A stretch of 63,358 bases of DNA, the filler included, from Lenisia limosa (Eukaryota > Protista > Breviatea), in the NCBI GenBank assembly GCA_001655205.1. It is 4 parts of 4 records of this genome, joined end to end, with 100 filler letters (N's around TTAATTAATTAA, not from the genome) between each part and the next. Parts side by side here need not be neighbours in the genome. Positions count along the whole stretch, not along the records: positions 1 to 15,635 come from LPNZ01011060.1; positions 15,736 to 39,982 come from LPNZ01007215.1; 2 more parts are not named here. One strand, given 5' to 3'. A program made the translations under genes and the position numbers. Positions within the stretch are counted from its first letter, which is position 1. Each line of letters begins with the position of its first letter. Under the pieces are notes generated by a model, which saw only the letters and a list, made by a program, of their open reading frames with translations, was not told the origin of the DNA and searched no databases. Shown piece by piece: positions 11,194-24,400 of the stretch.

Positions 11194-14100
11194 ATGTCGT
11201 CAGACGATGAGTGTCCGGATCTGGAACCCATGTCTATCCAAGATGGTAAGGAATTTTTTTTACTCCTACTGCTCATTTGTCTCAGCTTTGGATTTTACAA
11301 AGGTATTCTATAACACACTCATCAGAAAACAAGATTTCCTTTTATAACATCAAAACAAGCCATCTCACCCTCCACTTAGAAGGGGCTAAGGTCCAGGCGA
11401 AAAGACGCAAAAGGCGCAAGAAGAAGATTGGTGGCGGCGCCAAAAGCACAGAAAACTTTGGGTGAGGGGGGGGGGCATGAGTAACTTTGAAATGACACAA
11501 GTTTTTGTGAGCTATGTTTCACGATTTTAGAAAAATCGAGCTGAGCAAAGAAGGGGTCACGATTGGGGCGCTGAAAAGCGCATATAAACCAAAACTTGGT
11601 AGGAAGGGAGATTGTGTTGTATTATTGTCAGATATTTGATGTATATGTTATCTGTATCATGTTTTATTTTGAAAACTGTGCTTGCCTTAGTGTGGCATGA
11701 TACCATAATATGTAATACCTGGAAATTGCAACTTCTCTTTCACTTCATGTTAGTATCTGATATGATCATAAATGGGAAGGATGGGTGTGAGTTCCGTCCT
11801 CCATGCCTTACTGTTCGAGTACACTTAACTTCTTGTATGACCTGACCTTTCAGGACGCTATATGGTAGCGAGTCGCGATATCAAATGCGGTGAAGTGATT
11901 TCTGAAGAAAAGGGTGCGATCTGTGTCCTGTTGGGGGGGGGGGGTCTTAACTTTGCTCGATGTATAACATATGCACATGGATACATACCACAAACGAGAC
12001 AGTCATTTTTCAGGTTCAGTTGCTATGAACCATATTAGTAGAGCAGCATATGTACGTATGATTATGATCCTCATGGCAAGTTATCTCTTGATTTGTACCA
12101 GAACAACAAGCACTGCTGCTCTTGAGACTTATTTACGTTTTAGGTCTTCCCACGTTCCGCATTCCTGCGGTCACTGTCTTTCCCCTCTCAAGGTGAGAGG
12201 GTTTCACTTCCCCCCATTTTTTTTTCTGAGTCTAACAAAACGTGGTGATGGCTTTGTCGGAGCATTATTTACCCAATTAGCAACAAGCCCCTCAATGCCC
12301 CAAATGCTATCAATTTGTCGGATATTGTTCAGACGCTTGCAAGAGAGCTGTAACCCGACTGCATACAGTGGAGTGTCTCGCGGTCAAAGTCGGTGGTATT
12401 TCTATTGAGGCTTGAGTTTTGAGTATTTTGAGTTAATATTTCTCTTGTCTCCCTTGGTTTCAGTTGATACTTATCGTTTCAATGTACATATAATATAGTA
12501 TAAATACGTGATACACACTTACAGTGTTGTAACAGCGTAGTATCTTGGGGGAGTGTGCCAAACAGCATCAGTGGATTTTGACCTAATTCGCTTGGCCGTT
12601 CGTGTGGCTGCTCATCGGTTGGAGGAATGGGGAGAAATGCGAAAATGTGGAAGGTTATTGATTCCCCCACCATCATGTTTTTTATCATTGTTTCATATAT
12701 TATCTAAAATGAAAAGGGGAAAATTCAGGTTACCAGCATCTTTTTGGGGCACACACTGATGTTTATTTCTATTAGTACTTTTTATATATCGATAGCTATA
12801 TAATATGATTTTATCATGATAAGAGGAAGTCACTCCTTTTAGAACTAATGTATCACACATGTTCCTCATCTTTTTACGATCTTGTAGATCTATTGGTCAC
12901 GATTCTCTCTTCAAAGGATGTGAAAACCTTGAACAGGTGGGTGGGTCAATCAGAAACTCCTCAATGTTTGTTTTGGAAAAAATAACTGTAAATTAAAAAT
13001 GGTGACATGTAGAGGTGTCATTTAGTGGGTTATAAAAACTTGCCTTCTTTACGAGAGTAATTTTCAGTTTGGTTAATGGTATCCCTATGTATTTATTTGT
13101 TTCCCTTGATTTTTAATGTATATTATTTCTCTTGTTCCAAAAATCAGTTTGGCCAACTTAGTATATGATATACAACCCATTTTAGAATATTCAAAGTTGT
13201 GCTCACTATTCCAGCATGCGGGTAGTCATAGCCCGGAGTGGGAGGCAGCAGTGCTTAAGGCGTGCGAAATGATGGTGGAAGTCATGGAAGGCAACGTTGT
13301 TGGAGAAGAAGCCCCAGGTATTTATTTGTGTTTTTCCAGACTGTATATTATTATGTTATCTGCGTGGGAGGTCCTTGATGCTTTCATGTATTCCGATTTT
13401 ACACCCACAGCACCTGGTTGCCGCATTGAAGTGACTGCTCAGGAGTTACTTACCGTTGGGGGTATCTATTGGGAAAATGTTTATGCTTCTTGTGAATTGC
13501 AAAGCTGTTGGGCGAAATATTCATGTTAGTTCACAAATGTTCAGAATCAGCTCCCGCTCCCAAACATTTGTCATTTACCCCTAAACTTGCCTTGTCTTTG
13601 TTTATTGTTTTCAACTATTGTCAAATGCTAAGCCTACAGAGTTGATTTTGGGCTTCTATTTTACATTTTCCCCTTTATGGCCCTTGACCTTTATGGCCCT
13701 TGACCTTTATGGCCCATGACCTTTATGGCCCTTGACCTTTATGGCCCTTGACCTTTATGGCCCTTGACCTTTATGGCCCTTGACCTTTATGGCCCTAGAC
13801 CTGTCGCCGCATCAACGTGAACAGTTACAGTCTCCAACGCCCCCATGAAACTGCACAAAAGGCTGTGGGACTTTTCCCCCTGCACTCCCTTTGCAATCAT
13901 AGGTGAGATGGTTTCTTTTTAGTGTCATGTATATCATATATCGATTTTTCATATTCTATAAGTATGATATTATATTTAGCTGATTTTGGAATGGGATGTG
14001 GTGCTTTAGAAATGACTGGCCTGGGCCTGTTTATTTTTATTTTGTATTTCTTGCCAACAAAGTTGATTTTGGCCCTTTTTTTGTTTCATAAATTTCCTTC

Positions 14101-15635
14101 GTTTTACCCCTCCCCAGTTGCCGGCCGAATATGTCGCACCGCCCCGTGCCTGGCGGGATGGTGATGGTGGCGCTGAGAGACATCAAGGAGGGCGAGGAGG
14201 CCTGTGATACCTATGTCGATCTCTACGCGCCAAGGGACCTGGTGGGGGATGTTGATGCTGATCTATAATGTGCGGGTGTGGAGGGTGGGGGTACTGTAAA
14301 GCGTGAATATCCGGAGGCTCTTCCATTGCCACTCACCCCCCCCTCCCAGCGTCGAGATTCCCTACAGAAGACGAAATACTTCGAATGCCATTGCTCAAGG
14401 TGCTCCAATCCCCCAGGTACGGGTTGTCTTTAGTCATTTGTGTAAGTCCAGGAATGTGAGATTCGACACGATTTGATATGCCAAAAACTTGGGGGGATTG
14501 CTTTGATTTTGAGATTATCAAAAACAACCCAGCCTTTCTAGCTTCGATCTTCTATTTAGTCCTGTTGGACAAAACGAGTCTGGTTTACATCTCATTAACC
14601 GACCACAGCTATTGACGACACTTTGACCGCGATGACGTGTCAGTGTGGTGCAACGCTTCCCGATAAGGCAACCCAGGTGTGTGAATGCGCTATTTTGTCT
14701 TGAATTGTGATAGTGATGGAGATACATATAGTATGATTCGAAATTATGTCATGGTATGGACGGCGTCAGCCAGAAACCCTTGCTCAGTGGGTTGATTCTG
14801 TTTGACGCCCACCCTCCCCAGTGCCCAGAGTGCAAGGTTGAAGTTGACGTCTCTCAAGGAATGAAGGAAATTGCCAAGCTCATGAATCTGTACGGGAGGG
14901 CGTTCTCGTTATAATCCCCTTTATATCTCCTTACCCTTTTTCGCATATTCCTCCTCTATCTCCACTTTTCATAATCTCCCGTATCCATCCCCTACATATT
15001 ATTCACCTCTTTTCTCCCTTATCCTTTTCTCCCTTATCCTTTTCTCCCTTATCCTTTTCTCCCTTATCCTTTTCTCCCTTATGATTTTCTCCTGACCCAC
15101 AACAGTACCTCGAAGCTAAGTGACAGGCCTGAATTGGCTCTGAAAGCCTATTGCTCCATCACGGCACAGCCCATCAAAAACAGTTCGTGGGGAGATGGAA
15201 ACAGTGGGGATATCTCGAATTTCAAAGAACTGATTATTGTTAACAAAATGTTACACCCTACTTTCTCGCTCTTGTTACCCCAGATTGGCAAACATAATAG
15301 CAGTACCCCCCCCCCCGGGCANNNNNNNNNNNNNNNNNNNNNNNNNNNNNNNNNNNNNNNNNNNNNNNNNNNNNNNNNNNNNNNNNNNNNNNNNNNNNNN
15401 NNNNNNNNNNNNNNNNNNNNNNNNNNNNNTTGCTGCAGAAGCGACTGGCCTGGCCTTTGTTTGTTTTGTTGTTAGCAACCCTCGTGTTTTGTCAGCCAAT
15501 AGAGTTGATTTTGGGCTCCTTTTTTTTTTCTCATAAACTTTCCAATTTTACTCCCCCCCCTCTAGCAACCGTGGCCCTTCACGCTAACCACCACGTGGCG
15601 TTTGACGCGCATTGCGCAGCCGCCAACATTGCCTC
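11194..15635 (+). CDS. SET and MYND domain lysine methyltransferase (SMYD family); 3' end truncated at a scaffold join
   Basis: GRYMVASRDIKCGEVISEE (SET-N); CGHCLSP|QCPKCYQFVGYCSDAC (MYND); GLFPLHSLCNHS|CRPN..ALRDIKEGEEACDTYVDL (SET-C); YFECHCSRC (post-SET); further helical exons up to the gap. Confidence 0.92.
13590..13672 (+). mobile_element. Intron-3'-end repeat family A, partial copy (followed by a 16-bp tandem array up to the acceptor)
   Basis: ctttgtttattgttttcaac..agcctacagagttgattttgggc matches the family core. Confidence 0.65.
13673..13800. repeat. 16-bp x~8 tandem array ending at a splice acceptor
   Basis: ctttatggcccttgac with period 16; the last unit supplies cctag|. Confidence 0.9.
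13990..14117 (+). mobile_element. Intron-3'-end repeat family A copy (SMYD intron, between NHS and CRPN)
   Basis: gggatgtggtgctttagaaatgactggcctggg...gccaacaaagttgattttggcc..tttcataaattt..ttttacccctccccag|. Confidence 0.8.
15008..15082. repeat. 15-bp x5 pyrimidine-rich tandem repeat, intronic
   Basis: ccttttctcccttat with period 15. Confidence 0.9.
15431..15565 (+). mobile_element. Intron-3'-end repeat family A copy (SMYD intron)
   Basis: tgctgcagaagcgactggcctggcctttgtttgttttgttg..caaccctcgtg..gtcagccaatagagttgattttggg..cataaac..ttttactccccccctctag|. Confidence 0.85.
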
Positions 15636-15735
15636 NNNNNNNNNNNNNNNNNNNNNNNNNNNNNNNNNNNNNNNNNNNNTTAATTAATTAANNNNNNNNN
15701 NNNNNNNNNNNNNNNNNNNNNNNNNNNNNNNNNNN
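15636..15735. other. Artificial scaffold spacer (44N + TTAATTAATTAA six-frame stop + 44N)
   Basis: Exactly 100 bp, with identical structure at 39983-40082 and 61989-62088. Confidence 0.95.
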
Positions 15736-15943
15736 CCCTGTTCGTTTATTACGTCCCATAGAGACGGACCTGTAATGTTATCCGTTGGGCAAAACCGTCA
15801 TGTCAATACCGCCTTTTTCACAAAAAAAAAATCTTTGGTATCTCCTTTTTTATTTTTGCAGTAAAGCGTGAATATAAAGAAACTCATACTGATTCATTAA
15901 TGACTAAAGACAACCAGTCGTATGGAACAAGGCAGCAGCTCAC

Positions 15944-17590
15944 CAAGGAGGTCCATAACCAGCACCAAATGGTCGTGGTATCCGAAGATGGGTTGGTCCG
16001 ACCTGATAGTGTCAAATGTAACATCGAACTTGGGTTTTCTTCGGATACCCAAACACAATAGTTATGTCAATCATTTATTAAATAGTCTTCTCTTTATCTT
16101 TCCCTCACCATAACCAGTCAAAGTCCCCCGTCATTACCTCGCGAATCCAAGGTAGTGCATGACGGGTCCTACCGGCCTGCCCTGAAGAGCCTTGGCAACC
16201 TCCGCCTCCCAAACAAGTTTGTGGATATTGAGGGGGTCGCGGTTGGAGATCTGAGGTGTCAAGAGGATGTGAAATAGAATAGAGGCTAGACTGAAAGATT
16301 GAACAATATGTATATAATAAAAGAGGGCTTTTCACTTTGGTTCAGAATATAATAACAGTTCATTATATATACCAGTATCCGCCATCTAAAACAGCCTGAG
16401 CGGACCTTGATAGCCACCTTGCGGCCCGTGGCGTTGAACTTGCCTTTGAGTACGGTACCGGCGTTTCCGGCACCGACGGCTTGATAGTCTGCCTCCCAGC
16501 CCTCCACAATCTCCATCGACTGGGGGGTTGATAAAGACATTTAGTAGAAGCTCTTCTGTTAAGTTGTAATGTATGGTGACTCCCTCATAAAAAAAAGTAT
16601 ACTTAATATATATTACAAAAAGAAGTACTTTTTTTGGTTGCAAGGAGTTAATTCCTCCACATCTGCAACAAAGCATTACTGCACTCACTTTCGGTGGAAA
16701 TAGGTCGAATATTTGCTCGCGCACGTTTACATCAGCCTTAACATCGAAGTCCTTCGCAATTAACAGAATAAGATGAGCAGATTACCACATAACAATGTCT
16801 CCGCACCAACACACACACACAAACGAGGACTTATTGACCAATATTCTCCACAGTGTATAGCAGCTGTCCATATTTTGAGTGAGAGGGATATAATCCGAAA
16901 TGAAACCTGCTCAAACATAAAACAAACAACAATGATAATGAAATTATTGTTTAATAATAACCACCAGTAAACAAGGTGCTGAAGAGTTCCCGATCACACG
17001 ACTGATTAAAGTAAAACCCCTCCCAACCTTAACAGCCTGGTCAGAATGATCGAAGGGCTCAAGGGTAAACGGATTCTCCCATGCGGGTGGATACTGTGCA
17101 AAGTTACAAGGAGAGAGAGCAGGGAAAGGTGACAACAAGGAGAATGGGTGAGCTGGAAAGAATCTGATACAAGCAATCTGAGTCACAATCATTTATATTC
17201 TCACAAACCTTTACAACAAGATCGGTCTCAAGGTAAACTTTGCCCCAGGGAGTTGTAACCGGCCTCAATGCGAAATGAAGCCACTGATTAATTCTCCACT
17301 CACTCTCCTCCACACGTTCTTCTTGAAGAAGTCCACATGCCTTAGCAAATAAGAGCTACAGGTCTTCGGAGAAAATCTAAAACAAACTGAAGCCTGCAAA
17401 CCCTTTCTGATGGGGCAATTGGAGAGTCAGTATCAAGGATATCTCCAAAATCGGGGGGTATAGGCTCCGGTATCAACTGTAACGTAGCTGCAGATATAAA
17501 TGAAGACTAGAAAACAAGAAAACGTTCATTTTATGACCCTACGCATTATGGGACTTCTATTTCAGCCGCATTCTCAGCAGGGATCAAGCT
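15944..17590 (-). CDS. Ser/Thr protein kinase (N-lobe seen, CK1-like) with a long N-terminal extension; C-lobe lost at a scaffold join
   Basis: VGAGNAGTVLKGKFNATGRKVAIK|ISNRDPLNIHKLVWEAEVAKAL...|...HDHLVLVMDLL|G gives the Gly loop, VAIK lysine, alphaC Glu and a CK1-type LVMDLLG. Upstream GT-AG exons between 16690 and 17590 join in the same orientation. Confidence 0.75.
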
Positions 17591-17802
17591 TAGAAATAAA
17601 GTGAAAAGATTGGATGACTGGATTTAATAGAACTCTACAAATATAACCTAAAATACTCTACATACACTACTTTACAACCTAGGAATCTCGGGATTTATAA
17701 AAAAAAAATATTTCAACCCCCACCTTTGTGATCATCTGATCGTAAAAGATATTTGACAATTTCCTCCTTACCCCAGCTTACCCCAAGCTTACCCCTTTTC
17801 CA

Positions 17803-18188
17803 ATGGCTAAAACAGAAGAGGTATGTCAGTATTTGATAAATTGCCTGATAATTTTCTATTTACTTACTTGCGCTCTATGAAAACCGGAAGTCCTATTGAT
17901 CAATCGTAGATCGCAAGCCTCTTAGAGGGCTACACCGAAGAAGAGCTGGATATGACAGTTGAAGAGTATATTGAGAAGGTGGGAATGGAAGAATCAAAAT
18001 ATTCTTGCAAGTTGTGGAGTGGGTTAATTGACAGTATCACTTAATTATCTATTCTATCATCTTTATTACTTAAGCAATGCGAACTTGCCACCAGCAAAAT
18101 TGAAAAGAAGTGTCAAGATGCTATTGAGGCATTTGTTGAAGAGGCGTCTTTGATACAGAGCAAGCTGGAGGCCCAGGCGGAACAATGA
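17803..18188 (+). CDS. 66-aa three-exon protein resembling the survivin/Bir1/BORI C-terminal helix alone (no BIR or FHA domain)
   Basis: Exons 17803-17820, 17910-17978 and 18075-18188 are all phase 0: MAKTEEIASLLEGYTEEELDMTVEEYIEKQCELATSKIEKKCQDAIEAFVEEASLIQSKLEAQAEQ*. The gene model is solid; the family call rests on recalled motif similarity (ELDMTVEE[WY]I followed by an amphipathic helix). Confidence 0.7.
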
Positions 18189-18763
18189 GCATTTGACNNN
18201 NNNNNNNNNNNNNNNNNNNNNNNNNNNNNNNNNNNNNNNNNNNNNAGATAGGGAAGTGACCCTATTAGGTGAGTGGATTTTGGTTTGTTGTGAGAACACT
18301 TTTTTTTTTGTTGTTTTTTTGTTGTTTTATGAATTATCCATATCGATATGCATTATATTATGCCCAGTGCTGCACTTCGGTTCGAAAAAACGTTAATAGT
18401 ATCCTAAGAAAGAAAAATAAACACCAGAAGGACAATAGAGAGGTTTAGTAAATAAAAAGAAGCAAATTTTGAAAACATTAATTAATCCCAAGGTTTATGC
18501 GGAGCACCATATAAGTTTTTGGCCTCCCAATGAAAAAAAAAAGCGTCATTAAAAGCGTCATTTCAGGCCTCAGACCCCCTGACCTCATGAAGATATCTGA
18601 TATATTTTCAAAATTTGAGGTAAACAAATAGCCCTCACAAATCTTTGTTTCATGCAATTTTTTGATTAAAAAATATATTCAAACTTGTTAGTTTTTCGAA
18701 ATAATTGTCCATTTAAAACTGTAATAGGTGAACTCTCATTTACATCAGAATTAAAATCTTGTA

Positions 18764-18960
18764 TCATATATCCCGCTGACCCCATACCCATGGGTATAAA
18801 AATTGTGTATATTTTTCGNNNNNNNNNNNNNNNNNNNNNNNNNNNNNNNNNNNNNNNNNNNNNNNNNNNNNNNNNNNNNNNNNNNNNNNNNNNNNNNNNN
18901 NNNNNNNNNNNNNNNNNNNNNNNNNNNNNNATACTAGATGACCACCCTTACCGTATACAG
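18764..18960. mobile_element. Dispersed intronic/intergenic repeat family D (similar copy at 44790-44935)
   Basis: cccgctgacccccatacccatgggtat..atatttttcg vs cccgctgaccctgtgccccatgggtgt..atattttttcgg; both end with a (t)a/ggatgacc motif. Confidence 0.6.
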
Positions 18961-19285
18961 CCTTAACTAGCAATTGAATCAACCATATGTATGCACATAC
19001 ACCGTGTTTCACTATTTGAGAGCAATATTAGTATGAGTGAAGCAACAATTAATGGCATATTGAGGAAGTTATTGTCCAATACAAACATAATAATGTGAGA
19101 AACTGTAAAAGAACATAAACTCCTATTTACATATCATATTGGCCCAATTAGGGCTTCATCGGTTCGACCGATAAATCGTATTGTACACATGTTTCAGGAA
19201 AATTCATTTTCCTTACAAGAATAATTCAAAAAATATGTATCAATAAATGTACACAATGAGAACTTAACCCCTTTTCGTCGGCTTT

Positions 19286-20060
19286 TTATTTGGCTTGTGG
19301 TGCCCCTTTTGGGTCCCACGTTTCAAAATATCCTTCAACTTCGCCGACAGCATGAGTACTGAATAATATACTGGAATGTCAACAAAAAATGATCTTATTT
19401 TGTAACATCTATCAGAAATGAGTTTAAAGCCAGGTACCAGAAGGCGGTAGGCATAGTGCCTAAATGGTTTTGAAAACCATCCAGTTCCTCTTTTCCAAAT
19501 TCCTCTGCTACACAAATGAGACACATTAAGCTGTGAAAATTGTTGTCAAATAAAAGACCCATCACTCAAACCTTTTTCAATTTCTTCATCAAATCCGTAT
19601 CTTGTCATTGTGATAACTCGACTGACACACACAACTCCACAGAGTTTGCAACACTGAACATAGCTCTAGATGCCCTAGAGCTATTAGAAAAGAATCAAAT
19701 TTGNNNNNNNNNNNNNNNNNNNNNNNNNNNNNNNNNNNNNNNNNNNNNNNNNNNNNNNNNNNNNNNNNNNNNNNNNNNNNNNNNNNNNNNNNNNNNNNNN
19801 NNNNNNNNNNNNNNNNNNNNNNNNNNNNNNNNNNCCGCTATTCTCAATGCAGATCGATTTTTTAATTCTTGGTACAATTTTCGGGCTGGAAAGGGGAAAA
19901 TGAAAGAGTGAAAATGTCACAATTGAATGAAATCCTACATTTGTTCCGCTGATATTTAAAATCTTCCTCCATGTTAGCGACATCGTAGAAATTTGGGTCT
20001 GGCTTTCGACCGAGCCTCATTATAAATCTGTGAATACCGAAACAGAATGGAAAAAAAGAA
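19286..20060 (-). CDS. C-terminal exons of a hypothetical protein (possibly the end of the gene at 21490-29674)
   Basis: Exons LMCLICVAEEFGKEELDGFQNHLGTMPTAF| and THAVGEVEGYFETWDPKGAPQAK* with GT-AG borders; phase chain not fully resolved. Confidence 0.4.
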
Positions 20061-21489
20061 ATCGCAAATGCAAGCAAAATCGAGAAAAGTAGGTTGATTT
20101 TTTCAAAAACAATCCAGATTTCACTCATTTTGACCGTGCAAAATTTCTATTGACAGCCAATACCCCCACCAATGTATAAAAATGAAGGGGGGGTTGGAAA
20201 ATTCAAAAAAATAAAGAAATCGTACAAATATTGTTAATTATTGGACCTTTTTTCACCAGGAAATGGTCAATTTTCTTTTATTTATTATTCCGATTTCACT
20301 CATTTTGAACGTACTAAATTTCTACGTCATCCGAAAACCACAATAAGGTGAAAAGAGGGAGGGAGTCGAAAAAAAGAAAAATTGGGGGTTTCGAAAAAAT
20401 AAAATTTAATTTCGACCACCCCTTTTTTTAAAATACTAAATATTATTTACTCACCCAAGATTTGAAATATTTTTTAAAAATCAACAGAATCCTTACATTT
20501 GAGTTGCCTTTGTTGTCAGCTCTTGAGATATAACTATTGTAACACAGTGATAATATAAAAAAAAGGGATAAAAAAAAAAACACACAATTAAATAGTCCGG
20601 GGTACCGGTACCGACCCCCCGGTGGCTCTTTTTTTTNNNNNNNNNNNNNNNNNNNNNNNNNNNNNNNNNNNNNNNNNNNNNNNNNNNNNNNNNNNNNNNN
20701 NNNNNNNNNNNNNNNNNTTTCTTCTTTTTGGGAGCACGTTTCGCTTAACTCTATGAGGGACTAGTAACTAATGTTGAAATTCATCACTTTAACAGTATTA
20801 AAGATAAAATCAAGCAATTCTTACACGATTTTACAGGCAAAAAGACCCAAATTTAATTAATCCCAATGTTTATGCGGAGCAGCATATATACAATATATCG
20901 ATACAGTAATTTCGATTTTTTTTTTTTTTTTGGATGACCACCCAAATATTACCAAACGAATATGCAATGTCAAAATCCTATAGTTTGACATCTTGACTCT
21001 ATAGGCCTCGTCATAGTCTGAATTATTTAACTAAATGTGATATTAATTCCCAGTTTAATGGATTTCGCCAATTGGTTGCTCATCTTGCAAGATTCCCTCA
21101 TTCACTTTATTTATCAAATCCAAGTTTGAAAACACTCAATGTAAAGAACATTCATTCAGAATGCGCACGCGCAATACATAATACTAATAATAATAATAAA
21201 TACTAAGAAACACAAGAACAACCTACAATAAGAAAATACCAAGAAACACAGCTACACTACACCTTCAGGCTTTTGAGATACTTTTTGGCCACCTTATCTT
21301 TACTCCTCGATTTCAAGAGGCCAATCTAGAAGTAGAATGTTATTGAATATAAAATGCAACAAAACAAATAGAGTTAATTACGGTATGATATAGTATAGTA
21401 TGATATGATATAATACCTAAATGTTTTAAAGAACGATTCGATTTTGGAGTCCGTTATCACAATTATCATTTCTGTAAAAGGTAGTGTGT

Positions 21490-24400
21490 ATGACGGAGGA
21501 GACGACCTACCAGGTCATTGGGCTCAAGGCCCCCTCGATCAGAACGCGACGACAATGTCGCATGTAAGGCAGTGAGGGACTCTGTCGGCATGCTGCATGC
21601 ACTGGGGGGGGGGGGCANNNNNNNNNNNNNNNNNNNNNNNNNNNNNNNNNNNNNNNNNNNNNNNNNNNNNNNNNNNNNNNNNNNNNNNNNNNNNATTTTT
21701 AACACAATTTATCAAACGTTCAGAAGTGTGAACTGGAATCGCACAAAGAGATGTCCCATTGCTACCCACTTGTAGAGAATGTTAAACCTCTCTTCAGCCA
21801 CTTCCATGTATGAAGATGACACACCTTCTCCATCTCCCTTAAGCACTTGCTAGAGGAAATGTAAGAATGTGGATCGAACTTTTCAACATAATGACGGAGG
21901 AAAATATTCGATTTTTGCGTAATCAATGCGATGTAACTCAAAGAGAATCACATAAAAGGGGAGGGGGGTGTACTACCTAAATTATACATTGCCTTCGCCG
22001 TGCCATTCATTACCCGCGTACTTTACAGTCCTGGACCAAGTTGTAGAGGCGTTGGAGCTGCTTGGCACTGAGTGCTGACTGAAACGGTCAAACACAATCG
22101 GCAATAAATACATATGAGACTCCATTAGGCTATATTAAACGACTGAACAGTCTCGATGAAGTTCCTAGAGGAGGTGACAAAGGGGAAAGCCCTTTTCATG
22201 GCAACAAGAGAAATTTACAGCCAAAGACGGTCAAAATTAACAACTAGAGTCACTTGAATCAAACCATCCACAACCTCTTTGATGGGGGTGCAAGGCAAGG
22301 GGCTCAGTCCAAGGAGAACGGAAATGGAGGATTCCACCACCACGTCCCAGAGCTGATGACGTCAATGTGTCAATAAACATGATATCATATAGTAAATACT
22401 AGTACATATACTGTATCATCATACGATCTATTCTATGTAGCTAGAGATTCAGAAACATCCTAGTAGGCAAGCTGATCTCTATTGCGGACCTCCCCTCCTA
22501 CTGTTCGAGCAACGACAAGCAAACTGTCCCCACTCGTCCTATATAGTCAAAATAGTACACATAGGAACGTGCTATTTGAAAAATAAATTAACAAATATAT
22601 ATATACAGTACATGTATAGTATACGTACTACATGTATGGAATGGGGTTTACAATACGACTCACTTCAATTTGAATTCAATTCTAGATTGATTGGTTGCAC
22701 TGAGTAATACCAACCAACTTTCCAAATAGTTTGAGAGCTTGTCAAGTATTTCTATCTCAAAACCTTATTCAAAAAAGAACGAAAAGAACAGAGCACAATA
22801 TGTTTATAATACCAATAATAAAACGGGGCAAGAAGATCCCATTTGCTCACTTATCGGACAAAAACGCCAGAAGGTCGTCGATCGTGGTGTATGCATCAAA
22901 TACCTCTTCCGTGACCTCGGACAGTAAAAAGAACAAATCAGCAGGTGAGGGTTTGGTCCTGAAATATGTACATCCTCTTCAGAAGTCACTCTCTCTTATA
23001 GATATGATAACACATCTTGACCACCCAAAAGAATCCGTTTCATTTATTAAGTCTCAAAAAATATCTATTAGCTGGTACAGGTCCACCCACATCGTGGACA
23101 ACGTATTCGAAGATGCCTGGTCTGATGATCATAGCGTGCCATGTGGCTAGACACGCGGACGTCACGCGACTCGCCGATCTATTGATTTAGGGGGTAAAAG
23201 AGATGCACTATGTAGCCTGAAAAACCTCGATTACAAATAGAAAAAAAACACCAAGTACTCATTCTTCATGGTAGTATTGGATCCAGAAAAAAACGTATCA
23301 TACAAATATAACTTAGGTATTATGCTGGTCCAAACCAACCTGAGGTCCTGCAGAATGTCCATAACCACCACTTCGAGCTCCGAGCCATCTTCGATCTCGT
23401 CCCATATGTAGCGGTCACAAAGATCATCAGCCCGATCCGCAGCTTCCCGTGCCGTATTATTGGCCGACACCAGCTCGACAGGGGCTAAATACTCCGACAG
23501 AGGTCCGTCTTTCTCATTGAGTCCGGCCGCGAAGGACAAGAATACTGCTGACCAATCCTCTGACTTCAGCGTTTTGGTCCTCTTTTTAGCTGACTTGAGA
23601 CGGAGAGCCTCGGCTTTGGCAGTTATTTTGGCTGCTTTTTTGGGGTCGGACTCTGTGTCGTCTGGGTAGGGGGGGGGGGGGNNNNNNNNNNNNNNNNNNN
23701 NNNNNNNNNNNNNNNNNNNNNNNNNNNNNNNNNNNNNNNNNNNNNNNNNGGTCATTATTTGACGGCTTTTTAATGGTCTAGAATCATTCAAGATATTATA
23801 GAATGATAATGTACATACAAACATAATACACATGCAAAATAAAATATCATATGATGTGTCATAAACAAATTCAAAATGACTATAGAAAATAAAATATCGG
23901 CGTTTATTAGAATAAGGACTATACCCCAGATTGCATACAATCAACAGTAACCACGTGCCATAAACTCCAAATTGCCGGCCTTGAAGCTGCCACAGCCTCC
24001 GCCGCTGTGGGGTGGACAGATACACTAGAGGGGTGAATGTGGGGGAGAGAGGAGGGATGGGTGGGTATGTCTACAAGCCCTTATTCAGATGTGATGCTAA
24101 AAAGGGTGGCAATTGATGACATATTAAAGGGACAGTCGACTTATTTACTATTACACAAATCCCACTAGAGCCCCACGATGGAAGGCTCTGAGCAGCTTGA
24201 ACCAGTCCGGGGCGGGTGTGAGGGGTGAGAGAGGGCAACACAAGCTTGAAGGCCGCGCTACATATTATCAGAAACAACAAACAATTCTCTGAAAGGTGCA
24301 AGATCGAAAGATCAAAATATTCAGAGGAAAGAGCACTACTATTATCGCCCCTCACTGCGATTGTGAGAGCGCCAAAAGCCGCAAAAGAGGCAGGCCCACT

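Noticed and set aside
21760-22920. APC5-like resemblance (TIDDLLAFLSD; LSAKQLQRLYNLVQD)
   Set aside because: Short, weak similarity; flanking exons do not match and it would sit deep inside a much longer protein.
23231-24025. 264-aa ORF as a single-exon gene
   Set aside because: It reads through N gaps and introns; only ~23340-23670 is a credible exon. The same applies to most X-containing ORFs in the track.
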